From NCBI GenBank assembly GCA_001917535.1, contig MNEF01000083.1:4219-68218 (forward strand): DNA of 64,000 nucleotides, in the 5' to 3' direction. A program made the position numbers and the translations under genes. The DNA comes from Candidatus Rokubacteria bacterium 13_1_40CM_69_27. Lineage in GTDB: Bacteria > Methylomirabilota > Methylomirabilia > Rokubacteriales > CSP1-6. Each line of letters opens with the position of its first letter. Position 1 is the first letter of the stretch. The notes under the pieces are model-generated. The model had not been told where the DNA came from. It ran no database searches and was given only the letters and a program-made list of their open reading frames with translations. This document shows, piece by piece, positions 43,981 through 54,687 of this stretch.

Positions 43981-45531
43981 GTGGACGCGGCTGACAAAAT
44001 CGCAGTTCTCGATTTCGGAGGGCAATACACTCAGCTCATCGCCCGCCGGATCCGGGAGATGTCCGTCTACTCCGAGATCGTCCCATGCACCCATCCTCTC
44101 GACGCGCTCCTCGCCGACGCCTACCAGGGGATCATCCTGTCCGGTGGGCCCTCGAGCGTGTACGAGGAGGGCGCACCCCTGCCGCCGAAGGCGCTCTTCG
44201 AGACGGGGGTGCCGATCCTCGGGATCTGTTACGGAATGCAGGCGATGGGCTATCTCCTGGGCGGCCACGTCGCACCTGCTCAGCGGCGCGAGTATGGGGC
44301 TGCCGAAGTGACGCTCCACGGCTCGAGCCGGCTCTTCAAGGGGATCGAGCCCGAGCACGATGGGCGGCTCAGCGTCTGGATGAGCCACGGCGACACCGTA
44401 CTGCGGCCTCCCAAGGGGTTCGAGATGCTCGGCTCCACGCCGAACTGTCCCGTCGCCGCCATGGCTGACGAGCATCGCCGTCTCTACGCAGTGCAGTTCC
44501 ACCCCGAGGTGGCCCACACCCCCCAGGGGCGGAAGCTCCTTGAGAACTTCCTCGAGGTGTGCCAGGTCAAGCGCTCGTGGTCCATGACTTCCTTCATCGA
44601 CACGACGGTCGAGTCGATCCGCAACCAGGTGGGGCGCGACCGCGTGCTGTGCGCCCTGTCCGGAGGCGTGGACTCCGCCGTCGCCGCGGTCCTGGTCCAT
44701 CGCGCCGTCGGCGATCAGCTCACGTGCATGTTCGTGGACAACGGCCTGCTCCGGAAAGGGGAGCCCGAGTCCGTCGTCCACACCTTCCGTGACGCCTTCA
44801 AGATGAATCTCGTTCATGTCGAGGCCTCCCGGCGCTTCCTCGACGCGCTGCGCGGCGTCACGGATCCCGAGCTGAAGCGCAAGCGCATCGGCGCGGAGTT
44901 CATCGGGGTCTTCGAGGACGAGGCCCGGCGGCTCGGAGAGATCCCCTGGTTGGCCCAGGGTACGCTGTATCCCGATGTGATCGAATCGGTGTCCTTCAAG
45001 GGGCCGTCGGCCACGATCAAGACGCACCATAATGTGGGCGGGCTGCCGACGAAGATGACCTTCAAGTTGCTCGAACCTCTTCGAGAGCTGTTCAAAGACG
45101 AAGTTCGACGAGTCGGTGAACTTCTTGGTCTTCCATCCGAGATCGTCTGGCGCCAGCCGTTCCCCGGCCCGGGCCTGGCCATCCGGGTGCTCGGCGAAGT
45201 GACGCCCGAGCGCCTCGACCTGCTGCGCGAGGCGGACGCCATCGTCCAAGACGAGGTGCGCGGGGCCGGGCTCGAGCGCGAGCTGTGGCAGGCCTTCGCG
45301 GTCCTGCTGCCGGTGCGCACGGTGGGTGTCATGGGAGACTTCCGCACGTACGCGCAGGTGATCGCGCTGCGGGCGGTGATGAGCCAGGACGCGATGACGG
45401 CGGACTGGGCGCGGCTGCCCTATGATCTGCTGGGCCGGATCTCCAACCGGATCATCAACGAGGTGAAGGGCATCAACCGGGTCGTCTTCGACGTCTCCTC
45501 CAAGCCGCCGAGCACGATCGAGTGGGAGTGA
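43981..45531 (+). CDS. guaA: glutamine-hydrolysing GMP synthase
   Basis: [35 protein letters not shown]-loop, C-terminal KPPSTIEWE. Confidence 0.97.
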   Translation: MDAADKIAVLDFGGQYTQLIARRIREMSVYSEIVPCTHPLDALLADAYQGIILSGGPSSVYEEGAPLPPKALFETGVPILGICYGMQAMGYLLGGHVAPAQRREYGAAEVTLHGSSRLFKGIEPEHDGRLSVWMSHGDTVLRPPKGFEMLGSTPNCPVAAMADEHRRLYAVQFHPEVAHTPQGRKLLENFLEVCQVKRSWSMTSFIDTTVESIRNQVGRDRVLCALSGGVDSAVAAVLVHRAVGDQLTCMFVDNGLLRKGEPESVVHTFRDAFKMNLVHVEASRRFLDALRGVTDPELKRKRIGAEFIGVFEDEARRLGEIPWLAQGTLYPDVIESVSFKGPSATIKTHHNVGGLPTKMTFKLLEPLRELFKDEVRRVGELLGLPSEIVWRQPFPGPGLAIRVLGEVTPERLDLLREADAIVQDEVRGAGLERELWQAFAVLLPVRTVGVMGDFRTYAQVIALRAVMSQDAMTADWARLPYDLLGRISNRIINEVKGINRVVFDVSSKPPSTIEWE

Positions 45532-45542
45532 CCCGATCTGAC

Positions 45543-48500
45543 ATGCAGCACAGCGAGTTCGTCCACCTCCACGTCCACTCCGAGTACAGTCTTCTCGATG
45601 GCGCCGCCCAGCTCGAAAAGCTCGTCCTCAAGGCGAAGGAGCTGCGCTTCCCGGCCCTCGCGCTCACCGACCACGGCAGCCTGTTCGGCGCCATCGACTT
45701 CTACCTGGCCGCCCAGAAGGCCGGCATCAAGCCCATCATCGGGTGCGAGCTCTATGTGGCGCCCGGCAGCCGCAAGGAGCGCGGGTCACAGGACGGAGGC
45801 TACGAGGGCGCCAACCACCTGACCGTCCTCGTCCGGAACTTCACGGGTTACAAGAACCTCATCAAGCTCGTCTCCCGGGCCTACCTGGAGGGGTTCTACT
45901 ATAAGCCGCGCGTCGACCGGGAGCTGTTGGCCGCCCACGCCGACGGCCTACTCGTCCTCTCCGGCTGCCTCAACTCCGAGGTGTCGCGGCTCATCTCGGC
46001 GGGCGAGCTGGAGCGCGCCAGGGAGGCGGCGGGCTGGCACCGGGAGGTCTTCGGCAAGGACCACTACTTCATGGAGGTCCAGGCTCACGGCCTGGAGGAG
46101 CAGGCGAAGGTCACTGGAGAGACCCTCCGCATCGCCGGGGCCCTGGCCGCGCCCATCGTGGGCACCAACGACTCCCACTATCTCGAGGCCGGCCACGCCA
46201 AGGCCCACGAGGCACTGCTCTGTATCCAGACCGGGACGACCCTGCTCGACGCCAAGCGCTGGCGGTTCGCCACCAACGAGTTCTACCTGAAATCGGCCGA
46301 GGAGATGGCCGGCGTCTTCACCGAGCTGCCCGAGGCCTGCCGGAACACCCTGGCCGTGGCCGAGCGCTGTAATCTGACGCTCGAGTTCGGCAGCTTCCAC
46401 CTGCCGCGCTACGTCGTCCGCGACGGCCACACGCTCGAGAGCTACCTCGAGCACCTGGCCCGGGAGGGACTCCGCCGGCGCTACGGGTCGACGCCCGGCG
46501 ACGGCGTCGAGGCCCGGCTGGGCCATGAGCTCAGCATCATCGAGAAGATGGGCTTCGCCGGGTACTTCCTGGTCGTCTGGGACTTCATCCGCTACGCGCG
46601 CGAGCAGGGGATCGCCGTCGGCCCCGGGCGCGGTTCGTCGGCCGGCTCGCTCGTCGCCTATTGCCTCGGCATCACGAACATCGACCCCCTCCGGTACGGC
46701 CTGCTGTTCGAGCGGTTCTTGAATCCGGAACGGATCTCGATGCCGGACATGGACATCGACTTCGCCGACGACCGCCGGGACGAAGTCATCCGCTACGTGG
46801 CCGACCGCTACGGGCGGGACCGGGTCGCCCACATCATCACGTTCGGCACGCTGGGGGCGAAGGCGGCCATCCGGGACGTGGGCCGCGTCCTGGGGATGAC
46901 GTACGCGGACGTCGATCGGATCGCCAAGTTGGTGCCGGCCTTCCCCTTGAACATCACGCTGGAGGAGGCGTACCAGAAATCGCCGCCCCTGGCCGAGATG
47001 GTGCGAACCCAGGGGAACGTGCGCGAGCTGTGGGAGGTCGCCCGCACGCTCGAGGGGTGCACGCGGCACGCCTCGGTCCACGCCTCGGCGGTGGTCATCG
47101 CCGACGAGCCGCTGGACGAGTACATTCCCCTCTACAAGGACCCCAAGCGGCCCGAGCTGATCACGGGCTACGCCATGGGGCCGATCGAGAAGCTCGGCCT
47201 CCTCAAGATGGATTTCCTGGGGCTGCGGACGCTCACCGTGCTCGCCAACACGGTAAGGCTCATCCACCAGTCGCGCGAGATCGAGATCGACCTCGACGCG
47301 CTGCCGCTCGACGACGCCAAGACCTACCTGATGCTCTCGGAGGCCAAGACTTTCGGTGTCTTCCAGCTGGAGTCGGCAGGCATGCGCGACGCTCTCCGCG
47401 GCCTCCGGCCTTCGAGTCTCGAAGATGTCATCGCGATGGTGTCGCTCTACCGGCCGGGACCGATGGAGCTGATCCCGGACTTCATCAACCGCAAGCATGG
47501 CCGGGCCAAGATCGCCTACGAGCACCCGGCCATGGAGAAGTTCACCCGCGAGACGTACGGCATCATGGTCTACCAGGAGCAGATCATGCAGATCGCCTCC
47601 GAGATGGCGGGCTTCACCATGGGCGAGGCGGACATGCTCCGCCGGGCCATGGGCAAGAAGGACCGCGATCTCATGGCGCAGCAGCGCGACAAGTTCATCG
47701 CCGGCTGCCGCGAGCGCGGCACTCCGGCCGCCAAGGCCGAGCACGTGTGGGAGTTGATGGAGAAGTTCGCGGGGTACGGATTCAACAAGTCGCACGCGGC
47801 GGCCTACGCGCTGGTCGCCTACCAGACGGCCTACTTCAAGGCGACCTATCCCGTGGAGTTCATGGCGGCGCTGCTGACGTCGGAAATGGGCGACACCGAC
47901 AAGATCGTCAAGTACATCGAAGAGTGCCGGGCAATGGGCATCCGGGTCGATCCGCCCGACGTCAACGTGTCGACCGTGAAGTTCAGCGTCTGCGGCGATG
48001 CCATCCGCTTCGGGCTGGCCGCGATCAAGAACGTGGGCGAAGCGGCGATGGAATCGATTCTGGCCACCCGCGACGAGGCCGGCCCCTTCAAGAGCCTCCA
48101 GGACTTCTGCGCGCGGGTCGATCTGAGGCTGGTGAATCGCCGCGTGCTGGACAGCCTCATCAAGGCCGGCGCCTTCGACTCTCTGGGCCTGCCGCGCGCC
48201 CACCTGATGGCCAGCGCCGACATCGCGCTCGAGGCCGGGCAGCGACAGCAGCGCGAACGCGCCGAGGGCCAGGCCTCGTTCTTCGACCTGCTGCCCTCGG
48301 CGCCGGCCCGGCCGCCCGACGAGGCCGTCGGCCCCGTCCCCGAATGGGACGCCGACCAGCGATTGGCGTTCGAGAAGGAGGTGCTGGGCTTCTACGTCTC
48401 CGGGCATCCGCTGGCCCGCTACCAGCCGCTGGTGGAGTCGCTCGGCATCACGCGCTCGGGGGAGCTGGTCGCCAAGAGCCCCGGCAGCCGCGTGCTCCTC

Positions 48501-49016
48501 TTCGGCCAGGTGGTCGCCCTCAAGGAGACGTCGACCAAGAGCGGCAATCGCATGGCCTTTCTCACCCTGGAGGACATGGACGGCACGGTGGAGGTGACCA
48601 TCTTCCCCGAACCGTTCAAGGCCGCGGCGGAATCGCTCCACGCCAGCGAGCCGCTGCTCATCCGGGGACGGGTCGACGACAGTGACAAGGGACGCGTGGT
48701 GCTCGCCGAGGACGTCCGCCCGCTCGAGCGGGCGCTGGCCAACGGACCCGCGATGGCCGCCACCGGAGAGCCGACCACGCTCCGGGTCCGCATCGGCGTC
48801 CGGGAGGATCCCCAAGCCCTGCTCGCCGCCGTCAGGCAGCTCTGCGCCGAGCACCCGGGACGCGTTCCCGTCTTCGTCCACCTCCTCTTACCGTCCCAAG
48901 AGGTCGTCGTGAGGTCGCGCGGCCTCGCGGTCGATCCCAGCCCCGACCTGCTCGCCAAGCTGGGCGCGCTGCTCGGGCCCACCGCCGCCATCGTCGAGCA
49001 TGCCGGAAGCGCTTGA
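45543..49016 (+). CDS. dnaE: DNA polymerase III subunit alpha
   Basis: PHP domain [15 protein letters not shown], palm/fingers [21 protein letters not shown] fold C-terminus. Confidence 0.97.
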   Translation: MQHSEFVHLHVHSEYSLLDGAAQLEKLVLKAKELRFPALALTDHGSLFGAIDFYLAAQKAGIKPIIGCELYVAPGSRKERGSQDGGYEGANHLTVLVRNFTGYKNLIKLVSRAYLEGFYYKPRVDRELLAAHADGLLVLSGCLNSEVSRLISAGELERAREAAGWHREVFGKDHYFMEVQAHGLEEQAKVTGETLRIAGALAAPIVGTNDSHYLEAGHAKAHEALLCIQTGTTLLDAKRWRFATNEFYLKSAEEMAGVFTELPEACRNTLAVAERCNLTLEFGSFHLPRYVVRDGHTLESYLEHLAREGLRRRYGSTPGDGVEARLGHELSIIEKMGFAGYFLVVWDFIRYAREQGIAVGPGRGSSAGSLVAYCLGITNIDPLRYGLLFERFLNPERISMPDMDIDFADDRRDEVIRYVADRYGRDRVAHIITFGTLGAKAAIRDVGRVLGMTYADVDRIAKLVPAFPLNITLEEAYQKSPPLAEMVRTQGNVRELWEVARTLEGCTRHASVHASAVVIADEPLDEYIPLYKDPKRPELITGYAMGPIEKLGLLKMDFLGLRTLTVLANTVRLIHQSREIEIDLDALPLDDAKTYLMLSEAKTFGVFQLESAGMRDALRGLRPSSLEDVIAMVSLYRPGPMELIPDFINRKHGRAKIAYEHPAMEKFTRETYGIMVYQEQIMQIASEMAGFTMGEADMLRRAMGKKDRDLMAQQRDKFIAGCRERGTPAAKAEHVWELMEKFAGYGFNKSHAAAYALVAYQTAYFKATYPVEFMAALLTSEMGDTDKIVKYIEECRAMGIRVDPPDVNVSTVKFSVCGDAIRFGLAAIKNVGEAAMESILATRDEAGPFKSLQDFCARVDLRLVNRRVLDSLIKAGAFDSLGLPRAHLMASADIALEAGQRQQRERAEGQASFFDLLPSAPARPPDEAVGPVPEWDADQRLAFEKEVLGFYVSGHPLARYQPLVESLGITRSGELVAKSPGSRVLLFGQVVALKETSTKSGNRMAFLTLEDMDGTVEVTIFPEPFKAAAESLHASEPLLIRGRVDDSDKGRVVLAEDVRPLERALANGPAMAATGEPTTLRVRIGVREDPQALLAAVRQLCAEHPGRVPVFVHLLLPSQEVVVRSRGLAVDPSPDLLAKLGALLGPTAAIVEHAGSA

Positions 49017-49959
49017 GTTCGAGCAGCCGCTGCTGGAGCTGGAAGCCCGCATCGCGGAGCTCCAGGCCCAGGACGATCCCGCCCAGCGCGAGGAGATCGC
49101 CAAGCTCGAAGAGCGGCTCCAGCGCCTCCGCCAGAAGACCTTCGCCAGCCTCACGGCCTGGCAGACGACGCAGATGGCGCGCCACCAGCGTCGTCCCCAT
49201 ACCCGCGACTTCTACCGGCTGCTCTTGGAGGACTTCATCGAGCTCCATGGCGACCGGCTCTATGGCGACGACCCGGCCATCGTCGGGGGGCTCGCGCGCT
49301 TCGATGGCCACGGGATCGTGGTGATCGGTCACCAGAAGGGGCGGGAGACGCGAGAGAAGATCGCGCGCAATTTCGGGATGCCGCACCCGGAAGGCTACCG
49401 CAAGGCGCTCCGACTCATGCAATTGGCCGAAAAGTTCGGCAAGCCGGTCATCAGCTTCATCGATACGCCCGGCGCCTATCCCGGCGTCGGCGCCGAGGAG
49501 CGCGGCCAGGCCGAGGCAATTGCCCGGAATCTCCGTGAGATGGCCGCGCTCCGCATCCCCGTCGTCGCCGTCGTCACCGGCGAGGGGGGCAGTGGCGGCG
49601 CCCTGGCCATCAGCATCGCCAACCGCGTGCTCATGCTCGAGCACGCGGTCTACTCCGTCATCTCGCCCGAGGGCTGCGCGGCCATCCTCTGGGGCGACGC
49701 GGCCAAGGCGTCGGAGGCCGCAGAGATCATGAAGATCACCGCGCGCGACCTCTTCCGGCTCGGCGTCATCGATGCCATCGTGTCCGAGCCGCCGGGGGGC
49801 GCCCATCGGGACTGGGAGGGAGCGGCAGCGAATCTGCGCGCTGTGCTGACGGAGCACCTCCGAGAGCTGCGCACCAAGAGCCCCGAGACCCTGGTCACCG
49901 AGCGATACGACAAGTTCCGCCGTATCGGCGCCTTCGAAGAAGAATCCCTGCCGCGCTAG
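49000..49959 (+). CDS. accA: acetyl-CoA carboxylase carboxyltransferase subunit alpha
   Basis: [30 protein letters not shown]. Confidence 0.96.
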   Translation: MPEALEFEQPLLELEARIAELQAQDDPAQREEIAKLEERLQRLRQKTFASLTAWQTTQMARHQRRPHTRDFYRLLLEDFIELHGDRLYGDDPAIVGGLARFDGHGIVVIGHQKGRETREKIARNFGMPHPEGYRKALRLMQLAEKFGKPVISFIDTPGAYPGVGAEERGQAEAIARNLREMAALRIPVVAVVTGEGGSGGALAISIANRVLMLEHAVYSVISPEGCAAILWGDAAKASEAAEIMKITARDLFRLGVIDAIVSEPPGGAHRDWEGAAANLRAVLTEHLRELRTKSPETLVTERYDKFRRIGAFEEESLPR

Positions 49960-50036
49960 CTCATCGGAGGGGCCTCGACGGCCCCCTCCGAAACCTCCCC
50001 CAGGCCCCGATGGCGCCGGCAAAGCCGGCGCTCGAA
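49960..50036. repeat. mosaic palindromic intergenic repeat, copy R4 (forward)
   Basis: A hairpin 49964-49991 (4 nt after accA stop), CCTCCCCCAGG spacer, B hairpin GCGCCGGC-AAA-GCCGGCGC 50013-50031, TCGAA; collinear with 34898-34971. Confidence 0.9.
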
Positions 50037-50107
50037 TCGGATCGGCGCCGGCTGGGGCGCGACGCGCGAACGGGTCGGTGGACCCCGGCCCGCTGCCCGC
50101 TCACGTC

Positions 50108-51058
50108 CTACCGCTTCAGGACCGCCTGGGCGACGTCTTCGTCGGTGACGAGGACGTTCATGAACCGGCCCCGCAGCGCGCCGCGCACGGCTTCGATCTT
50201 CGACTTGCCGCCGGCGACGGCGATGACGTAGCGGTCGTCACGGCGCGACAGATCTTGCAAACGCTCGCCCCCCACCGACAGGACCCGCCGCATCAGCGCC
50301 CGCAGCTCGGGCTCGTCGACGATCCGGCCCTCGGCGTCGAAGGGCTGATAGTTGATCTCGCCCACGATCCCGAACTCCCGCAGCCGCTTGACGCTCACGC
50401 CGTAGGACTCGGCCAGGGAGCAGAAGCCGGGCGTCTGCTCGCCGATCTGGCCGACGCCGACCAGCGCGATGTCCACCGCCTGGGCCGCCTCGTAGATCTG
50501 CCGGACCTCGGGGTCGCGCAAGAGCCGCCGCCGCTCGCGCTCGATCTGCCGGAGGGAGACGAGGTGCTGCACCGGCAGGGCGTAGGCCGTCACGTGGGGA
50601 CGGTACTTGGCCGCCATCATCCCCGCCAGCGTGTTGGGCGACAGATCCACGAGCTTGAGCGTGCTCTCTCCGGAGAGGGGATAGAGCGCCAGGTCGCGGA
50701 CCCGGCGCTCCCGCAGGGCCCGGATGGTGTGGTAGAGCGTGAACCCACAGGATAGGCCCACCCGCATGCCGTTGGCGGCGACCTTCTCGAAGTAGGCCGC
50801 GGCGGCCACGCCCAGCTCCTCCTTGACGTCGCCGCGGCCGCCGGCGGCGATGACCACCACGTCGCGCAGGCCGAAGCGCTCGGCGAGGGCCGTCTCCAGC
50901 TCCTGGGTGCGGGGCAGGTCCAGCTCCACGCGGACCAGGCCCTCGTCGAAGGCGCGCTTGAGCAGCCGGGAGACGGTCGCCGCCGACACGCCCAGGGCGC
51001 TGGCGATGTCCTTCTGGCTGCGCCCCTGGCGGTAGTAGAGCTCCAGGCACTGGACCAT
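50108..51058 (-). CDS. SorC/CggR-family sugar-binding transcriptional regulator
   Basis: N-terminal HTH LYYRQGRSQKDIASALGVSAATVSRLLKRA plus sugar-phosphate-binding domain; only the 3' third of the 894-aa track ORF; ATG 51058 preferred over GTG 51097. Confidence 0.8.
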   Translation of the reverse strand: MVQCLELYYRQGRSQKDIASALGVSAATVSRLLKRAFDEGLVRVELDLPRTQELETALAERFGLRDVVVIAAGGRGDVKEELGVAAAAYFEKVAANGMRVGLSCGFTLYHTIRALRERRVRDLALYPLSGESTLKLVDLSPNTLAGMMAAKYRPHVTAYALPVQHLVSLRQIERERRRLLRDPEVRQIYEAAQAVDIALVGVGQIGEQTPGFCSLAESYGVSVKRLREFGIVGEINYQPFDAEGRIVDEPELRALMRRVLSVGGERLQDLSRRDDRYVIAVAGGKSKIEAVRGALRGRFMNVLVTDEDVAQAVLKR

Positions 51059-51080
51059 CTGCCTCAGCTCGCCGGGGCGG

Positions 51081-51098
51081 TGAGAAATTAATTTCACA
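51081..51098. promoter_or_regulatory. AT-rich palindrome in the sorC/fbp divergent control region (candidate operator)
   Basis: TGAGAAATTAATTTCACA; core GAAATTAATTTC (51084-51095) is a perfect 12-bp palindrome. Confidence 0.4.
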
Positions 51099-51114
51099 GT
51101 CGTAAAGATCTTGC

Positions 51115-51144
51115 TTGACGACGCCAGTGTACCCCCGTTATCCT
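51115..51144 (+). promoter_or_regulatory. candidate sigma-70 promoter for the FBP aldolase/phosphatase gene
   Basis: TTGACG (51115-51120), 18-nt spacer, TATCCT (51139-51144); about 60 nt upstream of ATG 51203. Confidence 0.4.
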
Positions 51145-51202
51145 CCGAATCGTCACGGGTTTCTTCAGCCCCCACACGTGCCACAGGAGAAGGAGGACGC
51201 GC

Positions 51203-52717
51203 ATGGCAGCCAAGCGATACGGCCCGGCCGACGGCAAGCTGCAGCCCAAGATGACCGACTACCACCAGTCCAAGGACGACCTGGCTGGCCTTCCCCAGAC
51301 CGTGGCCGAAAAGATCCCCGTCACCAACTCGCCGAACATCTTCTCGTACAAGGCCTACGTCTTCGCCAAGAACCCGGCGCTCGTCCAGCGCTATATCAAG
51401 GCGACCAAGGCCGACGTGGGGGGTGTCGGTGGTCACGTCGTCGCCGCCGAGGAAGTGAAGTCGGTCGTGGCCAAGGTCGTCCTCGAGAACAACGCGTACC
51501 GGGGCGAACCGATCTTCACGTCGCTGATCGTCACGCACACGGGCGACGACGTCGCCGTCACCGGGATCATGGCCGAAACGGTGGACATGAGCGTGGTCGA
51601 CGAGCTGATGTGGGACGCCCTCCAGGAGGGCGCACATAAGGCGGCCGAGCTGGGGCTGTACGGGCCGGGCCAGGACCTGATCGCCGATGCGTTCACGGGA
51701 AATCTGCGCGGCGCCGGCCCGGCGACGGTGGCGCTGCCGCTGCCGGTGCGCATGGACAACGCATCGCAGACGGTGCTCGTCTCCTTCGCCGACAAGACGG
51801 AGCCGATGGCATTCAACTACTACGCTACTGGCGCCTACCTGCTGCCCCGTTTCAACACCGGCCTCGTCATCGCCTCTTCGAAGATGAAGCGCGGCTACAT
51901 CCTGGAGATCGTCGACCTCGACACCAAGGCCCAAGCCATCGAGGCGGGCGCGCATCCGCGTGATCAGCGCGCGCTGGACGGCAAGATGGAGGAGCTGGCC
52001 AAGGGGCTCCAGGAGAAGGTGATCCGGCTCCGCGCGCCCGAGGACCTCTACGACATCGAGGGCCTGTGCCGGTCGTCGCGCTTCGTGGTGGCGCGGATCT
52101 GGAGCCGCAACGACAAGGGCGAGGCGGACCAGCTGGGCTACGTCTGCTCGGCCGAGCGGCTGCACAACATCAAGACCAAGAAGGGCTTCACCTACGGCGG
52201 CAAGGACGACCCGGTGCTGCTGGCCTTCGCCCAGGGTGACTGGCCGGCGCCCGGCGAGATCACCTCGCCGTGGGCCGCCTGCCCGATGGTGGCCGGGGAC
52301 TGCCGGGGCAGCCACTACCTGCACATCCTGCCGATGCCGATCAACTCGCAGACGTCCTTCTGGTCGGGGCCCATCATCTCGGCGGTCACGCTGTCCTGCA
52401 ACATCCACACCGGCCGCATCGGTGCCATCTCCGACCAGTTCTCCCTGGGGACGCCCTGGGACGAGGTGCGGCGGCGCGCCTCCGAGCTGGCAATCCAGTT
52501 CCGCCTGGCCCACGGGATCAAGCAGCCAGCCACGCTGCCCGAGGACGAGCTGGAGTACCAGGAGGGCTGGAAGGAGCGGCGGGCCCGCCTGGAGCGGCAG
52601 TTCGAAGTGAAACCCCCCCTCACGTTCGGCACCAACGGCCATGGAGCCGCGGGCGGTGAGGGGACAGGCTCGCGCGTCGCCGTCGGCGGCCGGGGCCGCC
52701 CCCAGGAGATCGATTAG
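51203..52717 (+). CDS. fbp: fructose-1,6-bisphosphate aldolase/phosphatase (archaeal-type class V FBPase), extended form
   Basis: KADVGGVGGH, THTGDD, LYGPGQDLIADAFTGNLRGAGP, FADKTEPMAFN, FNTGLVI, YGGKDDPVLL, GSHYLHILPMP align with the characterised archaeal enzyme from memory; strong RBS GGAGAAGGAGG. Confidence 0.85.
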   Translation: MAAKRYGPADGKLQPKMTDYHQSKDDLAGLPQTVAEKIPVTNSPNIFSYKAYVFAKNPALVQRYIKATKADVGGVGGHVVAAEEVKSVVAKVVLENNAYRGEPIFTSLIVTHTGDDVAVTGIMAETVDMSVVDELMWDALQEGAHKAAELGLYGPGQDLIADAFTGNLRGAGPATVALPLPVRMDNASQTVLVSFADKTEPMAFNYYATGAYLLPRFNTGLVIASSKMKRGYILEIVDLDTKAQAIEAGAHPRDQRALDGKMEELAKGLQEKVIRLRAPEDLYDIEGLCRSSRFVVARIWSRNDKGEADQLGYVCSAERLHNIKTKKGFTYGGKDDPVLLAFAQGDWPAPGEITSPWAACPMVAGDCRGSHYLHILPMPINSQTSFWSGPIISAVTLSCNIHTGRIGAISDQFSLGTPWDEVRRRASELAIQFRLAHGIKQPATLPEDELEYQEGWKERRARLERQFEVKPPLTFGTNGHGAAGGEGTGSRVAVGGRGRPQEID

Positions 52718-52782
52718 CCGCTGACTGTTCGCCACCCGCCGCGGGCCGGGTGCGCTCGCGCGCTCGGCCCGCCCGCGGTCCG

Positions 52783-52811
52783 TTGACTTCACCCAGAGCG
52801 GGTGCTACGGT
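52783..52811 (+). promoter_or_regulatory. candidate extended -10 promoter for miaB
   Basis: TTGACT (52783-52788), 17-nt spacer ending TGc, TACGGT (52806-52811). Confidence 0.35.
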
Positions 52812-52840
52812 CAATTCGACGTCCAGATCCTCGGACTGCC

Positions 52841-54184
52841 ATGGCCAAGCTCCACCTGATCACGTATGGCTGTCAGATGAACGAGTACGACTCGGAGCGC
52901 GTCGCCGGGCTGCTCAAGGCGCACGCCTACGAGTTGACCGACAGCGAGACGGAGGCCGACCTCATCCTCGTCAACACCTGCGCGATCCGCGAGAAGGCCG
53001 AGGAGAAAGTCTTCTCCAAACTGGGACAGCTGCGCGCCCTCAAAGCCCGGCGGCCCGAGCTGATCGTCGGCGTCATGGGATGCATGGCCCAGCTCCACCA
53101 GGGCGAGATCCAGCGGCGCGCGGCGGGCGTCGACCTGGTCTTCGGCTCGCCCGCCATCGCCAAGGTCGGCGAGCTGGTGGAGCGGGTGAAACGGGAAGGC
53201 CGCCCCGTGCTGGAAACCGGCGAGGCCCCGCTGGTGAAGATCACGGCGACGCCCGCGGGCACCTCGCACCTGAAGTCCTACGTGACGGTCATGGAAGGAT
53301 GCGAGAAGCGCTGCACCTTCTGCGTCGTGCCCGTGACCCGCGGACGCCAGCGGAGCCACTCGCCCGAGTCCATCCTGGCCGAGGTCCGCGGACTGGCCGC
53401 CGAAGGCTGCCGGGAAGTGACACTCCTCGGCCAGACGGTGGAGATGTACGGCCGCGACCTCGCGCCGCTCACCGATCTCGCGGCGCTGATGGAGCGCGTC
53501 GAGGCGATCGAGGGCATCGAGCGCATCCGCTTCACCACCTCGAATCCCTTCAACTTCACGAGCCGGCTGATCCACGCGATCCGCGACATTCCGAAGGTGT
53601 GCGAATACGTCCACCTGCCCCTGCAGTCGGGCTCCAACCGCGTGCTCGAGCGCATGAACCGCGGGTATACCCGCCAGCGCTACCTCGAGCTGATCGCGGA
53701 GCTCCGGGAGGCGGTGCCCGAGGTGGCCCTCTCGACCGATCTCATCGTCGGCTTCCCCGGCGAGACAGAGGACGATTTCGAGGCGACCCTCGATATGGTC
53801 GAGCGCGTCGGCTACGACAACGTCTTCGTCTTCCGCTACTCCCCGCGGCCGGGCACGCCCGCCGCGACAATGCCTGAGCAGATTCCGCTCGAGGTGAAGG
53901 CCCAGCGCAACAGCCGTCTGCTGGAGGTCGCCGCGCGCGCGGCCGCCGAGCGCAGCCGCCGGCTCCAGGACCGGGTTGTCGACGTGCTCGTGGACGGCCC
54001 GTCCCGCAAGAACACCCGCGAGCTCCAGGGCCGCACGCGCTGCAATCGGGTCGTGAACTTCGAGGCGGATGGCCGCGCGGCCGTCGGCGACATCGTGGCG
54101 ATCCAGATCACCGATGTGCTGCCCCACAGCCTGCGGGGGGCGCTCGCTTCGCTACCGGAGGAGACCGTATGTTTGTCGAGATGA
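52841..54184 (+). CDS. miaB: tRNA-2-methylthio-N6-dimethylallyladenosine synthase
   Basis: LITYGCQMNEYDSE UPF0004 domain, radical-SAM CEKRCTFCVVP, C-terminal TRAM domain. Confidence 0.93.
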   Translation: MAKLHLITYGCQMNEYDSERVAGLLKAHAYELTDSETEADLILVNTCAIREKAEEKVFSKLGQLRALKARRPELIVGVMGCMAQLHQGEIQRRAAGVDLVFGSPAIAKVGELVERVKREGRPVLETGEAPLVKITATPAGTSHLKSYVTVMEGCEKRCTFCVVPVTRGRQRSHSPESILAEVRGLAAEGCREVTLLGQTVEMYGRDLAPLTDLAALMERVEAIEGIERIRFTTSNPFNFTSRLIHAIRDIPKVCEYVHLPLQSGSNRVLERMNRGYTRQRYLELIAELREAVPEVALSTDLIVGFPGETEDDFEATLDMVERVGYDNVFVFRYSPRPGTPAATMPEQIPLEVKAQRNSRLLEVAARAAAERSRRLQDRVVDVLVDGPSRKNTRELQGRTRCNRVVNFEADGRAAVGDIVAIQITDVLPHSLRGALASLPEETVCLSR

Positions 54185-54675
54185 AGGTGCGCGGGCTGGC
54201 GCTCGACCCACTGTCCAACATGCCGATCATCATTTTGCGCGACGAGGAGGACAAGCGCTCGCTCCCCATCTGGGTAGGCATCTTCGAAGCCAACGCCATC
54301 GCGCTCGAGCTCGAGAAGATCTCGACCCCGCGGCCCATGACCCACGATCTGATCAAGAACATCCTGGAGACGATCGACGCGCGCGTGCTCAAGGTCGTCG
54401 TCACTGATCTCAAGGAGAACACCTTCTTCGCGGTGCTTCACATCCAGGTTGGCGAGACCGAGTACACGGTCGACTCGCGACCCTCGGACGCCATCGCCCT
54501 GGCCCTCCGGGTGGCCGCGCCCATCTACGTGGAGGAAGAGGTCGTCCGCAAGGCCAAGAGCCTCGAGGTCACGACGAAGGAAGCCGAGCCCGTGAAGGCC
54601 GATGATCCGGAACAGATCCGCGAGTGGCTCGGCAAGATCAAGCCGGAGGATTTCGAGAAGTTCAACAAAACCTAG
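54169..54675 (+). CDS. bifunctional nuclease (BFN/DUF151) family protein
   Basis: PIIILRDEEDKRSLPIWVGIFEANAIA...RPMTHDL...DSRPSDAIALALR pattern. Confidence 0.8.
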   Translation: MFVEMKVRGLALDPLSNMPIIILRDEEDKRSLPIWVGIFEANAIALELEKISTPRPMTHDLIKNILETIDARVLKVVVTDLKENTFFAVLHIQVGETEYTVDSRPSDAIALALRVAAPIYVEEEVVRKAKSLEVTTKEAEPVKADDPEQIREWLGKIKPEDFEKFNKT

Positions 54676-54687
54676 CGAGTCGTCGCG

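Noticed and set aside
50108-52792. Single 894-aa minus-strand ORF
   Set aside because: Only the last roughly 317 codons (SorC-family regulator, 50108-51058) look real. The upstream two-thirds is antisense to the well-supported FBP aldolase/phosphatase gene and crosses an obvious promoter region.
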